Assembly: GCA_028023455.1 (NCBI GenBank)
Contig: JAQFVV010000007.1
Location: 8,494,001-8,558,000, forward strand
Length of the DNA stretch: 64,000 bases
Reading direction: 5' to 3'
Origin: Epiperipatus broadwayi
Lineage: Eukaryota > Animalia > Onychophora
The notes beneath the pieces were generated by a model. That model was not told the DNA's origin. It ran no database searches and was given only the letters and a program-made list of their open reading frames with translations. Within the stretch, counting starts at the first letter, position 1, and the number at the start of each line of letters is the position of its first letter. A program made the translations under genes and the position numbers. Shown here piece after piece: positions 26,948 to 40,461 of this stretch.

Positions 26948-27140
26948 CTGAGCACTGATTACATATATGTGTGGGTGATGATGATTCAAATCAACTGATG
27001 AGGGCTGGTTCAACATGAAATATATTAATTGGAGATCATTTATCTGTTTCATGTGTATGTGGTCAAGGTATATCAGTTATATTGGAAAAGGTGGATGACT
27101 ATAGAAAGCTTGAAATTCTGGGTTCAAATCCCCTTTAATT
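26948..27140 (+). repeat. Family A HHR repeat, single copy
   Basis: CAA-CTGATGA(26995)-GGGCTGGTTCAACAT-GAAA-TATATTAATTGGAGATCATTTATC...CTGGGTTCAAATCCC. Confidence 0.8.
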
Positions 27141-27362
27141 ACTACTTCTAGATATATCAACATAAATCACTGATTAATCTCACAATAATAGGGTAATCAT
27201 AATCCTTCAATCTTAATAAATAATCCCTACATTCACTTCTACTCATGTCCCTTTTAATTATTTTCAAATTTCTTTTTTAATCCTTTCTACCTTAATTTAT
27301 TTTTTCTAACTTCTACTTAGAACAGTTAAGTTGTATTAATAATATGCCATTTATATCTGAAA

Positions 27363-27884
27363 CACAGTGTATCCCAATAAAAAGGAACAGCATCACTTTC
27401 CAGGCTACCCTGCAGAACCACCTCTAAATCAAGGCATGAATTAGGGAACAACCTAGTTTAGCTATTCACTACAAAAAATTTAAGGTGTGAGCATGTCTGA
27501 ATCTTATGTTATGACATGAAAAGTAACATTATATTCTGTACCTTTGTAAATTCACTTCAAAACTCTCTCTGCCATCAGAAAATCTTACAAACCACTTGAA
27601 AATATTCTCTATCTTATATAGTTTGAATCTTTTCAAATATTTAAGTAGCAATTTTCCTCAATTTAAAACAAAACTTAATTTTATCATATTGTTTCATTAT
27701 CAGCTGAGATACAAAATGCCCTATCACATTTTGTATCATAATACATGATCCATTTACGCAAGACATGCATTTTTGTGGTGAATAGCTAAGCAATGTTGTT
27801 ATGTAACACATGCATTCATTCTACGATGGTATTGTAGACAGTTTGGAGAAAGAACCGGTCACTTTTTCATTGGGACATAGTGTG
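27363..27884. mobile_element. TIR-bounded MITE (Tc1/mariner-like), homologous to 51762-52239
   Basis: The ends CAGTGTATCCCAATAAAAAG and CTTTTTCATTGGGACATAGTG are inverted. Internal blocks (TTTAGC.ATTCACTA.AAA, CAATTTAAAACAAAA, CAGACAGTTT.GA) are shared with the second copy. Confidence 0.55.
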
Positions 27885-28219
27885 TATAATGAATATAAAT
27901 AACAAAATGAGTAATTAAATAAAAATAACAATGATAATTACAACAATTATGGTAGTCATTTTCAAATAAGTAATATTTAATAAAGACCTAAAATGTGGTA
28001 ATTCATTAGTTAATGGGCAATATAAGAATTAATATTCTAAATTAAAATCATCAAGGTCTTAATTCTAGAAAATGAACAACCAGATAAAATGAAGTGTGAG
28101 CCTGTCTTTAAAATTTATAAATGGTGGTCTTTTAAATCATGATCCAATCTAATTTTCACTTTACCTTTTTGAAGGATGACTAAAATAGAAGGCTTATGAT
28201 CTTAATTAAACACTATTAT

Positions 28220-28470
28220 TTTCAACTATTATCAATCCACTGCAGGATGAAGGTCTCTCTAGGTTTAATCCAGGTTCTCTGAACCCAGACGTTCTTCTCC
28301 ACAATACACCAGCAATCTTTCTTACTTCATCGATCCATTTCAAATATTGTCTCTTTCTATATCTTTTACAATATTTTGGGATCCAAATTTAAGACTTCAT
28401 TTGTTAATCTATTATCATCTCTTCTAGAAATATGTCTAGGTCAGTCCTATTTGTTTTCTAATTAGTATCA
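28220..28470 (-). mobile_element. RTE-like LINE 3' end
   Basis: The minus strand resembles GHISRRDDNR..W.P..KR..KWIDEVRKIAG, followed by the tail GAGAGACCTTCATCCTGCAGTGGATTGATAA. The same tail plus (GAT)n is at 54630-54682 on the plus strand. Confidence 0.6.
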
Positions 28471-28649
28471 CCATAAATAACTATAATTATATTAGTTCAC
28501 TGTAATAAGTAAGTATTCCTTATTATAAAAATAGGTACCAAAAATTTCATTCACTGTGAGTTTTTAATGTATATCAATTAATCTCCAACCACCACTCTTG
28601 GTTGTGATAGACAATTTTCAAAATGGACCCACCCCTATAATCAATAATA

Positions 28650-28965
28650 ATAAATAATGAAATAGTTTATTGTTTGCAAGTTCATAAGAAAGTTTGGATG
28701 TCAAAGTGAAAGAATTAGATCACAATCCATGGATCTTGAATTCTAGAGTCTGCCACTCTATTTCCAATCAAAGAAGACACAACATCAATATTAATAATTG
28801 TTGGACACATTAAATTTATTACGACATGAAAAAAGTTGTAAATAAATTATTGCAGTGGTATAGTGGCTCACTCTAGAGCTCAAGTCAAATGATTAGGGTC
28901 TATTTATATCACTTCTGGTGCTCAAATTTCTTATAAACTCCAGAGAAATAAATTATTTGATTATT
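28650..28965. repeat. Head-to-head pair of tRNA-derived SINE-like fragments
   Basis: Minus copy ~28650-28772 and plus copy 28852-28965 (GTGGTATAGTGGCTCACTCTAGAG...GGTGCTCAAATTTCTTATAAAC). Related copies lie at 51080-51175 (+) and 53135-53215 (-). Confidence 0.5.
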
Positions 28966-31679
28966 TTCTTTTAACTGGCAATAAAATAATTAGCTACTAA
29001 AGATTATAACTTGTGGTCAAATGCATCTCTTATTATTACTCTATTTTGAGCCCACATTAATTACATTCCATAGTTTATACACAATAAATTACCTAAACAT
29101 TTGTGATCATAGAAAAAATGTATTATGTCCCATGAACAGGTCCAGAGAGTAGTCACATTGTCAATTCAACCATTTTCCCACTCCATTCTCTTCATTGCCC
29201 AGCTCTTCAATTTCAAGTAACTCTTCTCATCTCTTATATCATCTAACAATGTCAATCCTTCCCATCCCTTCTTCTTGCTTCCACTCACCATTCCCTCCAA
29301 AACATTTTTCATTAAACTATACTTTCTTTTTGATATATATCCATTTTAGTTTCTCTTTCTATTATCCTCAATCGTCTTTTTCCATTTACTCTTTTCAAAA
29401 CTTCATTTGTTATTTCATTCATCCAACTGATTTTTTTTCATTTTTTTTCTAGGTTCACGTAACATAAGCAAGATAAAAGAGCTTTACATTTTTTAAGATA
29501 GATAGAGGTGATATGGTCTTAATGAAAGATATGTACACAATGGAAGAAATAGTATTGTGTAGTTTAGCCCAGTAGTAGAGCGTCATAGTATGGAATTTGG
29601 GTTCCTAGATTGGATTTTGGTTGCTGGCACTTCCGACGTTCGATCTTATGAATAAATGATTTGTAATAGTAATCAATAAGTAAGTATTGGCTATCGGCAC
29701 TGATTTGTCGAAGGATTTCCTGTGTATATTTTTGATAATGAATAAATTTAATTTAATTTTTTGAATGACAGCGAAGAGAGAAGATAAACAAAAATCAATA
29801 GTTGGCAAAGTTATTTTATTTTGCTGGAAAAATAAAATTGTGTTTCTAGAAAACAAAAAATTGAAAATTATTATTCACAGGAAATTATTTTTCCTTTATA
29901 AAGAATAATAATAATTCTAAAAAAATAGATTTAAAATATATATATTTATTTAAAAATATAATTAAATGGAATATTTAAAAAAAGAACAAATAAACGTGAA
30001 ATAATAAACGTTGTTTAACTTATATTTAACGAACTCTCATATTTTTGAATTTAATAATTATAGTATTTAAAATAAGTTTTCTTCCAACTACAAGAAACTT
30101 TATTACAATATTCATTAGATTTTTATTTTCAAAAAATCTAAAAGTTCTAACAATGGCAAGAAACAATATATTTCAATTATTCGACATTTTATTGCAATTG
30201 TCTTCTCTGTTTGTCCCATAAGCAAAATTATAAACTAATTAACAGAGATGTTTTTCGATTATTCATCCGTCCATAAGACAACAGAAACCAGTACTACTTT
30301 GTCAAAGAGTAATATAATGTAAAAATAGTGAATTGGCAATACATCCATGAAGATTCAGATATGTGAAATATGGAACTCACCTAATAAATGAAAATAGTTT
30401 GCAAAATGCATGCAGAGGAGGTAAGTATGAATTTTGGTGCTGGTGGTTGATTGCGATGTGTGAAGTTGAGATGAGAGATATACTGAAAAAAAAGTTTTCC
30501 ATTGTTTTAATTTTTTATTTAATTTTGGTAACTGGCAGAATGTGGAAATTACCACCGAACTTAATTAAACATTATCTGCTCTACTATACATAGAATCTTA
30601 TCACAGATCTAAAAATTTGATGTATGTGTGAATATATAAAAAATAAAAAAGGATAATAATGAAGCAATATTATATTAACTTTTCTCAGTTTTAAATTTAT
30701 TTATACTAATGACACCTGGGCCACAGGTAAAAATACATTGTGATTCCTAGAATGAACAGATGTCAAATAATATGTAACATTAAAATTGAGATAGTTACTG
30801 ATTATTGGTGGATTCATACCACTTGTTTGCCACAAATTATTCAGAATGTAAATATAAATAAACATTAAATAAATAATCGAATAGCATTATTGCTTGGGGG
30901 ATTCACAAGAAATTCAAGTATTACAAGTACCAGGGGACAATATGAGGACCTTAGACTCCAGTCTGGCAGACTACAACTCCACCAAGCTACACAGGGGCAA
31001 ACATTAAAAATTAGCACATCAATTGCTAATAAAGTAATGCAAGAAAGAGATCATATCAACCATTTTACTTGTAAGACAACATTACAGTTTGTTTGTTTTT
31101 TAAAAATTATTCTAATAGAATTTGACGAACAAAGATTTGTGTTCATACAATACATAGATATTTGTGTAAGTTTGATAACTTAAAATGGAATAAAAATGAA
31201 GTTACTAATAAACTTTAGATGACCTTTCCTTATATACACTCTGATTCAACAAAAATGTAAAAATTACTTGAATAATATTATAATTATTATAAACTCATTA
31301 CAAATGAGTGTTCAGAAAAGGTAAAATAATTCCAAATAAAACATCGCTATGATTCTGGCAGTGTTCTGCCGAAAACATTCTTATATAAAATTTAAATTAA
31401 TATTATTTTATCCTTTTGGAACATTTGTTTATTTAAAAAAACATTATAATTTAAGTTTTTGTTCAATGGATACAATAAACTAATTAATCTATTAAAGATA
31501 AAATTGAATCCAGAGAATGTCCACAAACTGTTTACATAATTAAAGATATAGGAATCAAATAGCTCTTATCTCTACCATGATAAATCAAAAGAGCACTTTA
31601 ATATAAGATTAAAACCATATTCATGCATAAGTGTAATAACGCAAAAGGCTAAATGCATTTGTAAGTAAACCTTGATTAT

Positions 31680-31770
31680 TAAAAGGAGGTTGCCTTGACA
31701 ACAATTTGAAATTGTTAATTGTTATTGATATTGGGATTGTCTAGGTGTTAACTGGTTTTTAATGATTATA
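31680..31770 (+). repeat. ~90-bp dispersed repeat (also at 33905-33995 and 34400-34485)
   Basis: GGTTGCCTTGACAACA.TT.GAAATTGTT..TTGTTA..GATATT.GGATTGTCTA.GT.TT.A.TG.TT.TTAATGATTA occurs three times. Confidence 0.75.
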
Positions 31771-33234
31771 TATATATATATAACAAAGCTAAACTGGATC
31801 TTACAGTATCATCAGCATTTTTCAAATACCAAGGAATATTTGATTATGTTTTTGATTTTAAAAATATATAGGTGACTTACATTGAATATAATGAAGTAAA
31901 TGTAAAATCAGACAAGCATGGTTCATTAACAGCATAGATTCAATAATATACATAAAAATTAATGTTCAGTTGGATGTATTTTGGAAAATATACACTTTAA
32001 CATATACTTTCATATCTCCATTTTTATTTTGAATATAATGATTATCGTTGACCAGAGTTCTCAAAACTTCCTTTACTCCCCCTAATGGTGATTTTTGTAA
32101 ACATTCAACTTTGATTTTAGACTATAAACCTTAATTCTATATTAGAATTTAATAAACAGGGCTTGATTTGTTTAAAATATAAATTTACAAATGAAAAACA
32201 ACCTAAAAAACATTCTTAAATTTTACAAATATATAAAAAAAGTAAAATACATTGTGAGAATAATTAATTTTCACTTTTTGGCTTATTATCATAATACTAT
32301 TTTTAAAAAAGTGATTTAATGAAATCTTTGTTAAATGAATTTCATTTTTTTTAAATATAAATGAATAATTATAAAATTATCATAATACTATGAAATTCTA
32401 TTCTAAAATTTAAAATTGCATTTATAATTTTTAATATATCACAAACATTCAGTACTACAGTGTTTGACAGAGAATAATGTATCTTTTTATCATTATTTTG
32501 AATACCTTAACTTATATTTTTTTTAAATGAAAAATATTTAAAAAAATTAAAGTGTGAACATAAATATATTTCTTTTTGTTAATAATTATTATACAAATAT
32601 TTTATAAAAATAATTACAGATATTTAAATAAACTACAAAAATATACATTTTTCACTCATCCATAAAAATGATCAAAGTGATGTTTACAAGTACTCTACCA
32701 ATAAGCACTTTGAGATGGAACTTTAACTCATTTGAAAAAATTTTGATCAATGATATACTAGCCTCTTCAGAGTTTTTTTTTAAAACTAATAAATCAATAT
32801 ACTTTAATAGCAGTTTCTACCTTCAAATGAATGGGAAACCAGAAAAATAACATTATAGATAGGCACAGGAGAGCAAAGGAAAGTTGAAGGACTACCAGCA
32901 ACATCTGCAATTAAAGAATTTTGTGTATTAATCTGTAAATTAAAATTATATTTAATGTTTTCAATAATCCCTCCACATATGAAGCAGTATTAATATTATC
33001 CTTAATGCAGAGATTTCATAAATTAATAGATAAGTTTAAAAAGATAACCATGCATTAACTGTAGAAACATTACACAGAGGGAACCAAAAGTAGTACAAAC
33101 AAAAACTGCTAAGTTAAAAAAAAAAACAGACTCACAATGTATGTTTTTTCTTTTATGTTTAATGCAATAAACTTCAGATAAAAAGAATATAGAGTGCATG
33201 TGCACGCACACACACACACATATATATATATATA

Positions 33235-33550
33235 AGACTTGAACTTTCAAGCTCCTTGCATCTATCCAATCTATATTATGCAACTGATACACATGAATAC
33301 ATACATATAAAAAAGATAAATAATCTCCAATATACATTTATAGTTTTGCTAACTTAATATAAACTGTATATTGATTGTACAAATGAGTAGGGAGATAGTG
33401 ATCTTGACCAACTGATGAGTGATTCACATAAAATACATATTGGAGATCATTTATCTTTTGTTATATATGTGTGTTCATGTGTATCAGTTGTATAATATAA
33501 ATTGGATAGATGTAGAGAGATTGAAACGTCAAGTTCAAGTCTCTATAATT
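33235..33550. repeat. Family A HHR repeat, inverted pair
   Basis: Minus partial copy 33235-33340 and plus copy with GATCTTGACCAA-CTGATGA(33412)...TATTGGAGATCATTTATC, ending GTTCAAGTCT. Confidence 0.75.
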
Positions 33551-36500
33551 ACATTAATTTTAGTATAGACAATATACATATATTTAAATATTATAATATA
33601 TATAATAAGTATTATTCATATTAACTACCTTTCAATATATACATAAATGTTAGCCATTTTTTTAGCTTACAGAACTATTACAATTTATTTCAATTTACAC
33701 TTAAATGTAGATATTAAATTTGATAAAAATCTAATATATCTATAAGATTCTTTATAACTTCCTTTTGTTTTTTTATTTCAAACATTTTTGTTCATGCAAC
33801 TGTTCTTATTTATAATTCCTCATGTCTACATTTCTGACAGAGTGTGCAATTAATTAAATAAGAATTTTAAAAAAACAGTATGTTTGTATTATTATTATGA
33901 TTGTTAAAAAGAGGTTGCCTTGACAACAGTTAGAAATTGTTGGTTGTTATAGATATTGGGATTGTCTAAGTATTGATTGGTTTTTAATGATTACTTACAA
34001 ACCCATTTAGCCTTAAGCATTATTACAGTTATTATTTAATAATTAAATTTGTTAAGTTCATACTCTTTACATAAAGTAATATATATTAAGGCTATATAAC
34101 CTTAAGGCCATGCACATGAAAAACGACAAGAGGGACCTCTACAAATCTTAACATAAGATTTATTTTAAAAGACAAGAGTACTTTGAGTGCAACTTGAAAT
34201 TTAGAATTGTAGTTTGTAATATTATAATTGACTATTTATTAATCTGCATTCAGAATAGGTTTTATTTACCCAGTTAAAAAGGTTTATTTAAACTTCTTTG
34301 TATTAATAATTTCAATCTCTGTGATCAAGTTGCAATCTTTAGTGTCTATATAAGTATATTAGACCTTTAATAAGGGTGGAATTCCACCCTTATTATTAAA
34401 AGTAGGCTGCCTTGACAACAGTTAGAAATTGTTGATTATTGTTGATATTTGGATTGTCTAAGTGTTGATTGATTGTTAATGATTATTATTATATACAGTA
34501 ACAGAAAACAAAATCATTACAATATTAAACTTTATTTTAAAATAATTTAAATACAACTTTAAAAAACTAAAAAAAAAAAAAAACCATCAGAAAAATAGAA
34601 AACAAAATCATGTTATTTAAACAATACAAGTTTTATGGATAGATTTATCATGTTTTTAATATAAGATCAGTGTCTTAAAACTATACATTTTATTTGATTC
34701 AAACAAATAATTATTATTTCATTACTTTAAAAAAATTAAAGAACACTTCTAAAAAGTAAAAACAAATCTTCAACTTTCACAGCATTCTTGCTATTATCCA
34801 TCAAAAATAAAAATGTGGGATATTGTGTTTAAAAATATCTTGGTTATTCTTCCAATCAATTGTTATAGGTTTTTTTTTTCTCATAAGAACTGTATTACTT
34901 AGATAAATGATTACATTAGTACAATGGTGAAAGCAATACAATTAACGAGAAAGCCGGGATGAGAATCACATAACTAGTCTTGCAGTCAGGTACAGCTAAA
35001 TGTACAACCCAAGCATCATAAATGAAAATCTGCAATGGAAAGAAGGTCCCATGTAGTCTTAAAAATCAATAAAGGAGCTAATTTTTTGTCTCTATCATGG
35101 ATAGTCCGAAACTTTGATATGAATAATTGACAAGGATTATCAATGGTAGGATTAAAGATAAGCATACATCTAATGGAACAATATGCAAAGAGTAAGAAAG
35201 TGGAAATCCTAATAGACTAATTAAGTAAAAATTACAATTTAACATTTTTAACTTAATATTTTTCACCCACACTTTTATTTTTGGACACACACCAACAATA
35301 CTGAGAATGCTAAGGATTTTTTTTTTTTACTTTTTGATGCATTTAAAGAGCACCAAGATAAAAGTATCAAATCCCATATAAAATTAAATATTTATATTTT
35401 TCTCTAAATGTTTGCAAACTCTAACAAAATATACTGTCTCACGTAAAAATATATGTGCACAGTTTCAACTAAATCAAAAATTGGGAAGTGGGTGAAAATT
35501 GAGTAACAAGATTTCATCAGACAGACAGACAGACAAAATAAACAGAGTAAGTTAAAGCATAAAAAACATGTTGTTACAAACCCTACAAAATTTATTTCAC
35601 CAATCATCAAATAGTAGTGTTTTATTCAGAAGCAAATTTAAAGATAGTATACACTTCACATGACATAAAATGATTGATAAATTTAATAATTTAAAACAAA
35701 AATCAAATAATATATTTCTATTCTAAGATTAATCAAAATAACCTTCCAAAATGCAGATATATTTAAGACGTTAATAGTATACAGTATATTGTAATCTGTA
35801 CATCTACACAAAGCATGTTGAAACAGTAAGATTCATATTCGAATCTTAAGTTTCACCTTTTTCTATCGTCTCTCACTCACCGGTCTATCCTACCCAAATT
35901 TAAACTTTTTGGTATCGAATTGTGTGTGTAACAATATTAAAAATGTATAGATATATGTAGAATTCATCATAAACACGCACACATTTCGATCTCAAATTTA
36001 TGGCAATAAATACAGATAAATAATATAATTTAGATTTCTTCTTTTAGTTATAAAAAAATATATATTTTAACCATTTATTTTGAATTGTAAAATCCGTTAT
36101 TTATTGCTTTGTTTAAATTTCATTTAGTAATAATTTTAGAAATAGATTGTAATATTTAATTAAAAGTAAAAATAGTCGTATGTTCCCTTTTTGTCTTTGA
36201 AATTTTAAAAGCATCGGTCGGTGAGAGATAATAGATTAATTAAATAGAAAAATTCCCTAAAATGTAATTATAAAAATTAAATGTAAAATCTAAACGTAAA
36301 CAATAGAATGGCAGCTTTCTCGATAATTAAAATTAACAAAAATGCATTGATTATCCTCAGGGCAGATTAAGTGGAATCCAAAAATAAACTATGACAAAAA
36401 TGTGAAAGATAAGATATAAGAAAAGAGGCCATTTTAGATTTTCTAGAGACTTTTCACTTTAACTTTAGCTGTGCTCTCAATCAGTTGAGAGTCTCCAAGA

Positions 36501-39500
36501 TATTAAATAAATTTTTCCTGCCACGGTATGACCGAGTAAAAGAGCCCAGACTATTCTCCACCCGGAGGTGGCCTATCGGATGCCAAACCTTCCATTGCCC
36601 TTCGTAAATTCAACCACGAAGATCTGCTGCCTAAAATAATGAGAAAGCTGCTGCTGCTGTTAAATTAAATGAACCACCTAAATACAGAAAAGAACTGCTA
36701 ATCATGAACAATTTGCTACTAACCAATGGAATCGGAAAACTTCTCATAAAACAGGTACCTGTGTCCAAATTCTCTAGAGTACTCTACTAATATCCAGCTA
36801 CGCTTATTCATTCTGTATATAACTTATAAATTGTAGAACTATCATTTGAAATGCTAATTTTTTAATAATTAATATGTAAACTTCTTTAATAATCTAGCCT
36901 GCCTAATTTTATCTTTCTTGGGTGCGTATTTCTAAAATCTATATTTATTATTTAATTATTGCATGCTCATAATTGTCTAAATATAAATCTGTGATCGTTT
37001 GAAACAGTGGATGCGTATCAAATTTTTCATTAATATTTACTTTCATAAATGATTAATATTTTCGTACAAACGACACACATTCAATGTTTCCATTATTGTA
37101 ATGCAGGGGTCTACTGCTTAGCAAATGGCTGACGTATCAGTTGTAATAATCACCCAGTCTATATATTGTTTTTATATCTTATTAAACTGTAATTAATAAT
37201 TCCATAAAATTTGCATTTCTTTGAGAGTTGCAAACGTTCCTTATTAAATGTTGATAATGTAGGGCCAAGTTATAAAATATATTTAAGTCTTAACAGGATT
37301 GTCTGGACATTATACATGTGTTACATTTTAGAGACACGATGATCCATTACAAGCCGTGAATATTCCGGATTCTATAGGGTTGAAATTAACCCCAGTCATC
37401 CTACACAAGCTGACAAATGAATGTCCCGTAGGACTTGACGACCGTCATGCAGCCAGCAGGCAAATCGTGGCACGAACCACTTGTCCCTGGTTATGCTTAT
37501 GTGACACCTTACCTCTTTGGGCTGATGGCAAATGCCAGCCCATCATTCTTATAAACTCATTCACGGCTTTGCAGTTTCAATATACTGCCATTCCATATCG
37601 CCTCTATAGCGTACCACGTGTTTTCTTTTATTTACTTTATTATTCTATGTATAACTCCGTCCATGTATTGTTGACAATTCACTCTCAAATAAATGTTTGC
37701 CCTTAGTTATTAATAAATATTTTTAATTAAATAAATATATGTCCGCCACTACTATTATAAATCTTATTTTAGACTCTTGCATTGCAAAGGTATAAATCCC
37801 TAAAGGCATGCATTAGAAATACTTGCTCAAGAATTTTAGGTAGCTGGATTACATCATCAAATAAATGTGTTCATCTGTGTAAATATAACAGTATCGGAAA
37901 ATTCCGCTACTGAGATTTAAATATTGCCAAATATTATTAGTTTTACCGTTAAATGATATGTTTTAATAAATAATTTCAAACTATACATCTGCCGTTACTT
38001 CTTCATTTATTTATTCGATACCCATTCAACATGCTTCCTCGATTATTTAAATATAAATGTTTAATTAATATTAGTGTTATTATTAGCTAACTCGAAATAA
38101 AATCATGAATCTCTTGCATACCCTGATCACCGTGCCTAAAGAAATATTTACTAATGTTGCATCAGATGTGTTGTTTCTTAGATTTATTGTAGAACTGATA
38201 AACTATGTTCAAACTCAGTACTATGGGTAGCTTCGCTATCTAGATGGTGCTGCAGTTCTGTGTGGTAATCGAATTCTACACTATGTTAACGATTCACATG
38301 TTTTCTGATCATTACAATGTCTGCACATGGACCATACATTCTTAAAACATATGAACAAAGACACATTAAAAGACAAATGACTCCTTAATGTGCATTTTGT
38401 GCTGAACTTGCAACCAGAAATTGGCCAAGGTGGCAATGTCTCATGTATATCTTTGTCATACATTCAGTATTTGCCAATAATAGATTGTTATATTTTGATT
38501 TACAAGTGTAAAACTTAGAACACCTATAATATTGACACTATACACTCTAGACATTTATATTAATGACTGTCATCAATCATTTATTAAACTATATATTACC
38601 CTAACCAAGGTTTAAATCTCATTCTAAAACTATTTTTTTAATTAAACACAGACTTATGGAGAAATTGAATGAAATCCCTCTTTCTCCATATGTGTGTGCA
38701 TTTTTAAAAAAACAACATATACATTCATCTTTGATGGACTTTTAAGATCAAATCTTGGCTAAGGATAATCTCTAGTTTAATATAGGATTAGTGATAATCA
38801 TTAATGTATCTATATAGAATGGAATGTATAAAAGTTGTGGATGAAATAACTTTGACACTTGTAAATCAAAATGGAACAATTTAACATAATAATCGTATGA
38901 TCTGTAGTCAGAAGATTATGTGACATTTGGTAATAAAGTAGTAGGCTGAGAACAATAGTAACACTGAAGTGACAAAACTGGGATTATATATTTTACTTAT
39001 TGTACTGAGAATTGACCTGTGAAGTATTAATTCTAAAATATATCGTTCTCCAGTGCTTTAAAGTATGCCAGGCAAAAATTGATAGACATCCAGCTCTCAG
39101 GGTTTTCAGACAATTGTCAGTCTGAATACTAACAGAGACACATCACTCAACTTCTGTTATCAGAATATTCATGTAGATGACTGTAGGCAATCCTGAACAA
39201 AAATTATCAAAAGATTAATTTCATTGAAATATATACAAATAATACCCAATCACAAATATTATAATGTTAAATATATGTAATATTTGTAAAGCAATAAACC
39301 ATGAATGTGTATCTATAATATTCAGACATAAGTCAGACTATTTGAAAAAAAAAAACTGGCAAATGCTGATCGATTCAACCAATCCACTATTCAAATAAAA
39401 AATGAATTCATTTTTATCTGATCTAACAAGTTCTTAAATGGATAGTAAATCAATTATTGATATTTCAGAGAGATGAAACATTCTATTAATGGCTTCTTAG

Positions 39501-40461
39501 CTAAGACTCAAGCTAATAACCTTATGGTTAATTATTTGAGAGATCTTATGATGTTTGAATATTCTAGGGGTACCTAGCTATTTTTTTTTACTTTCCTTAG
39601 ATTCAGTATCAACGGTACAATCATAGCTTTGAATCAACTACTTCACCTCTGTTCTAAATCATATAATTAATACTGTGAAAATATGAATACACTTTTGACA
39701 TATTTTTCATTTTTATTTATATACAGTATATTATTCATGAAGTAAAAAACATTAAATCTGCATTCTGTAATAATCATTTATAAGTTAAACTATTTACAGT
39801 TATTTTATAAATACTATTTATTGCTCCAAAAATATATATTCTTTGCCTTACATATTTAATAACAATTATTTATGTGGCCATTAAAATGAATAGGATTTAT
39901 GTCTGCATTGTTGTGTGAATGTATCAGCTGGTTAACCCTTCTGCATTTCAATGTTTTTTTCCATCCTTCTCCTCATTACAATTTGAGTTAATAGTCCAAC
40001 ATTTTAATTTAATATTAAAACCTTTATTCAATATTATAAATCAATAAATCATACTTTATTTGACAAAAATATAAATTTACAATCAAAAAATGTCCTTAAA
40101 AAACCATATCTGAATTTTCTACATATAAAAAATTAAAAAAAAAAGAAATGAGAACAATTACTTTTTCTTATTGGTGAAATATAGCACCAGTGAAACAATT
40201 AAATTAATAAAATCTTTGTAGAATGAATTCTAATTATTAAATGTGTATATATAATTATGAAGTTATTTTAAAGCAGAGGAGGTTTAAAAAGCTCTGATGA
40301 AGATTGCTGGATAGTCAAAATTGTAAAGAAAATAAAGAAATTTTTTAAGAAAATTGGTTTGCATTGAATTGTATATGAAAAAGGTTATTAAAAGCAATAT
40401 ACATATATATATATATGAAGATATTCAAAGAAAGTAAAAGAGAAGAATAAGAGTATATACA

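Noticed and set aside
37640-37670. TGGACGGAG on the minus strand, matching the miR-184 5' end
   Set aside because: The sequence diverges after 9 nt and there is no complementary arm to form a pre-miRNA.
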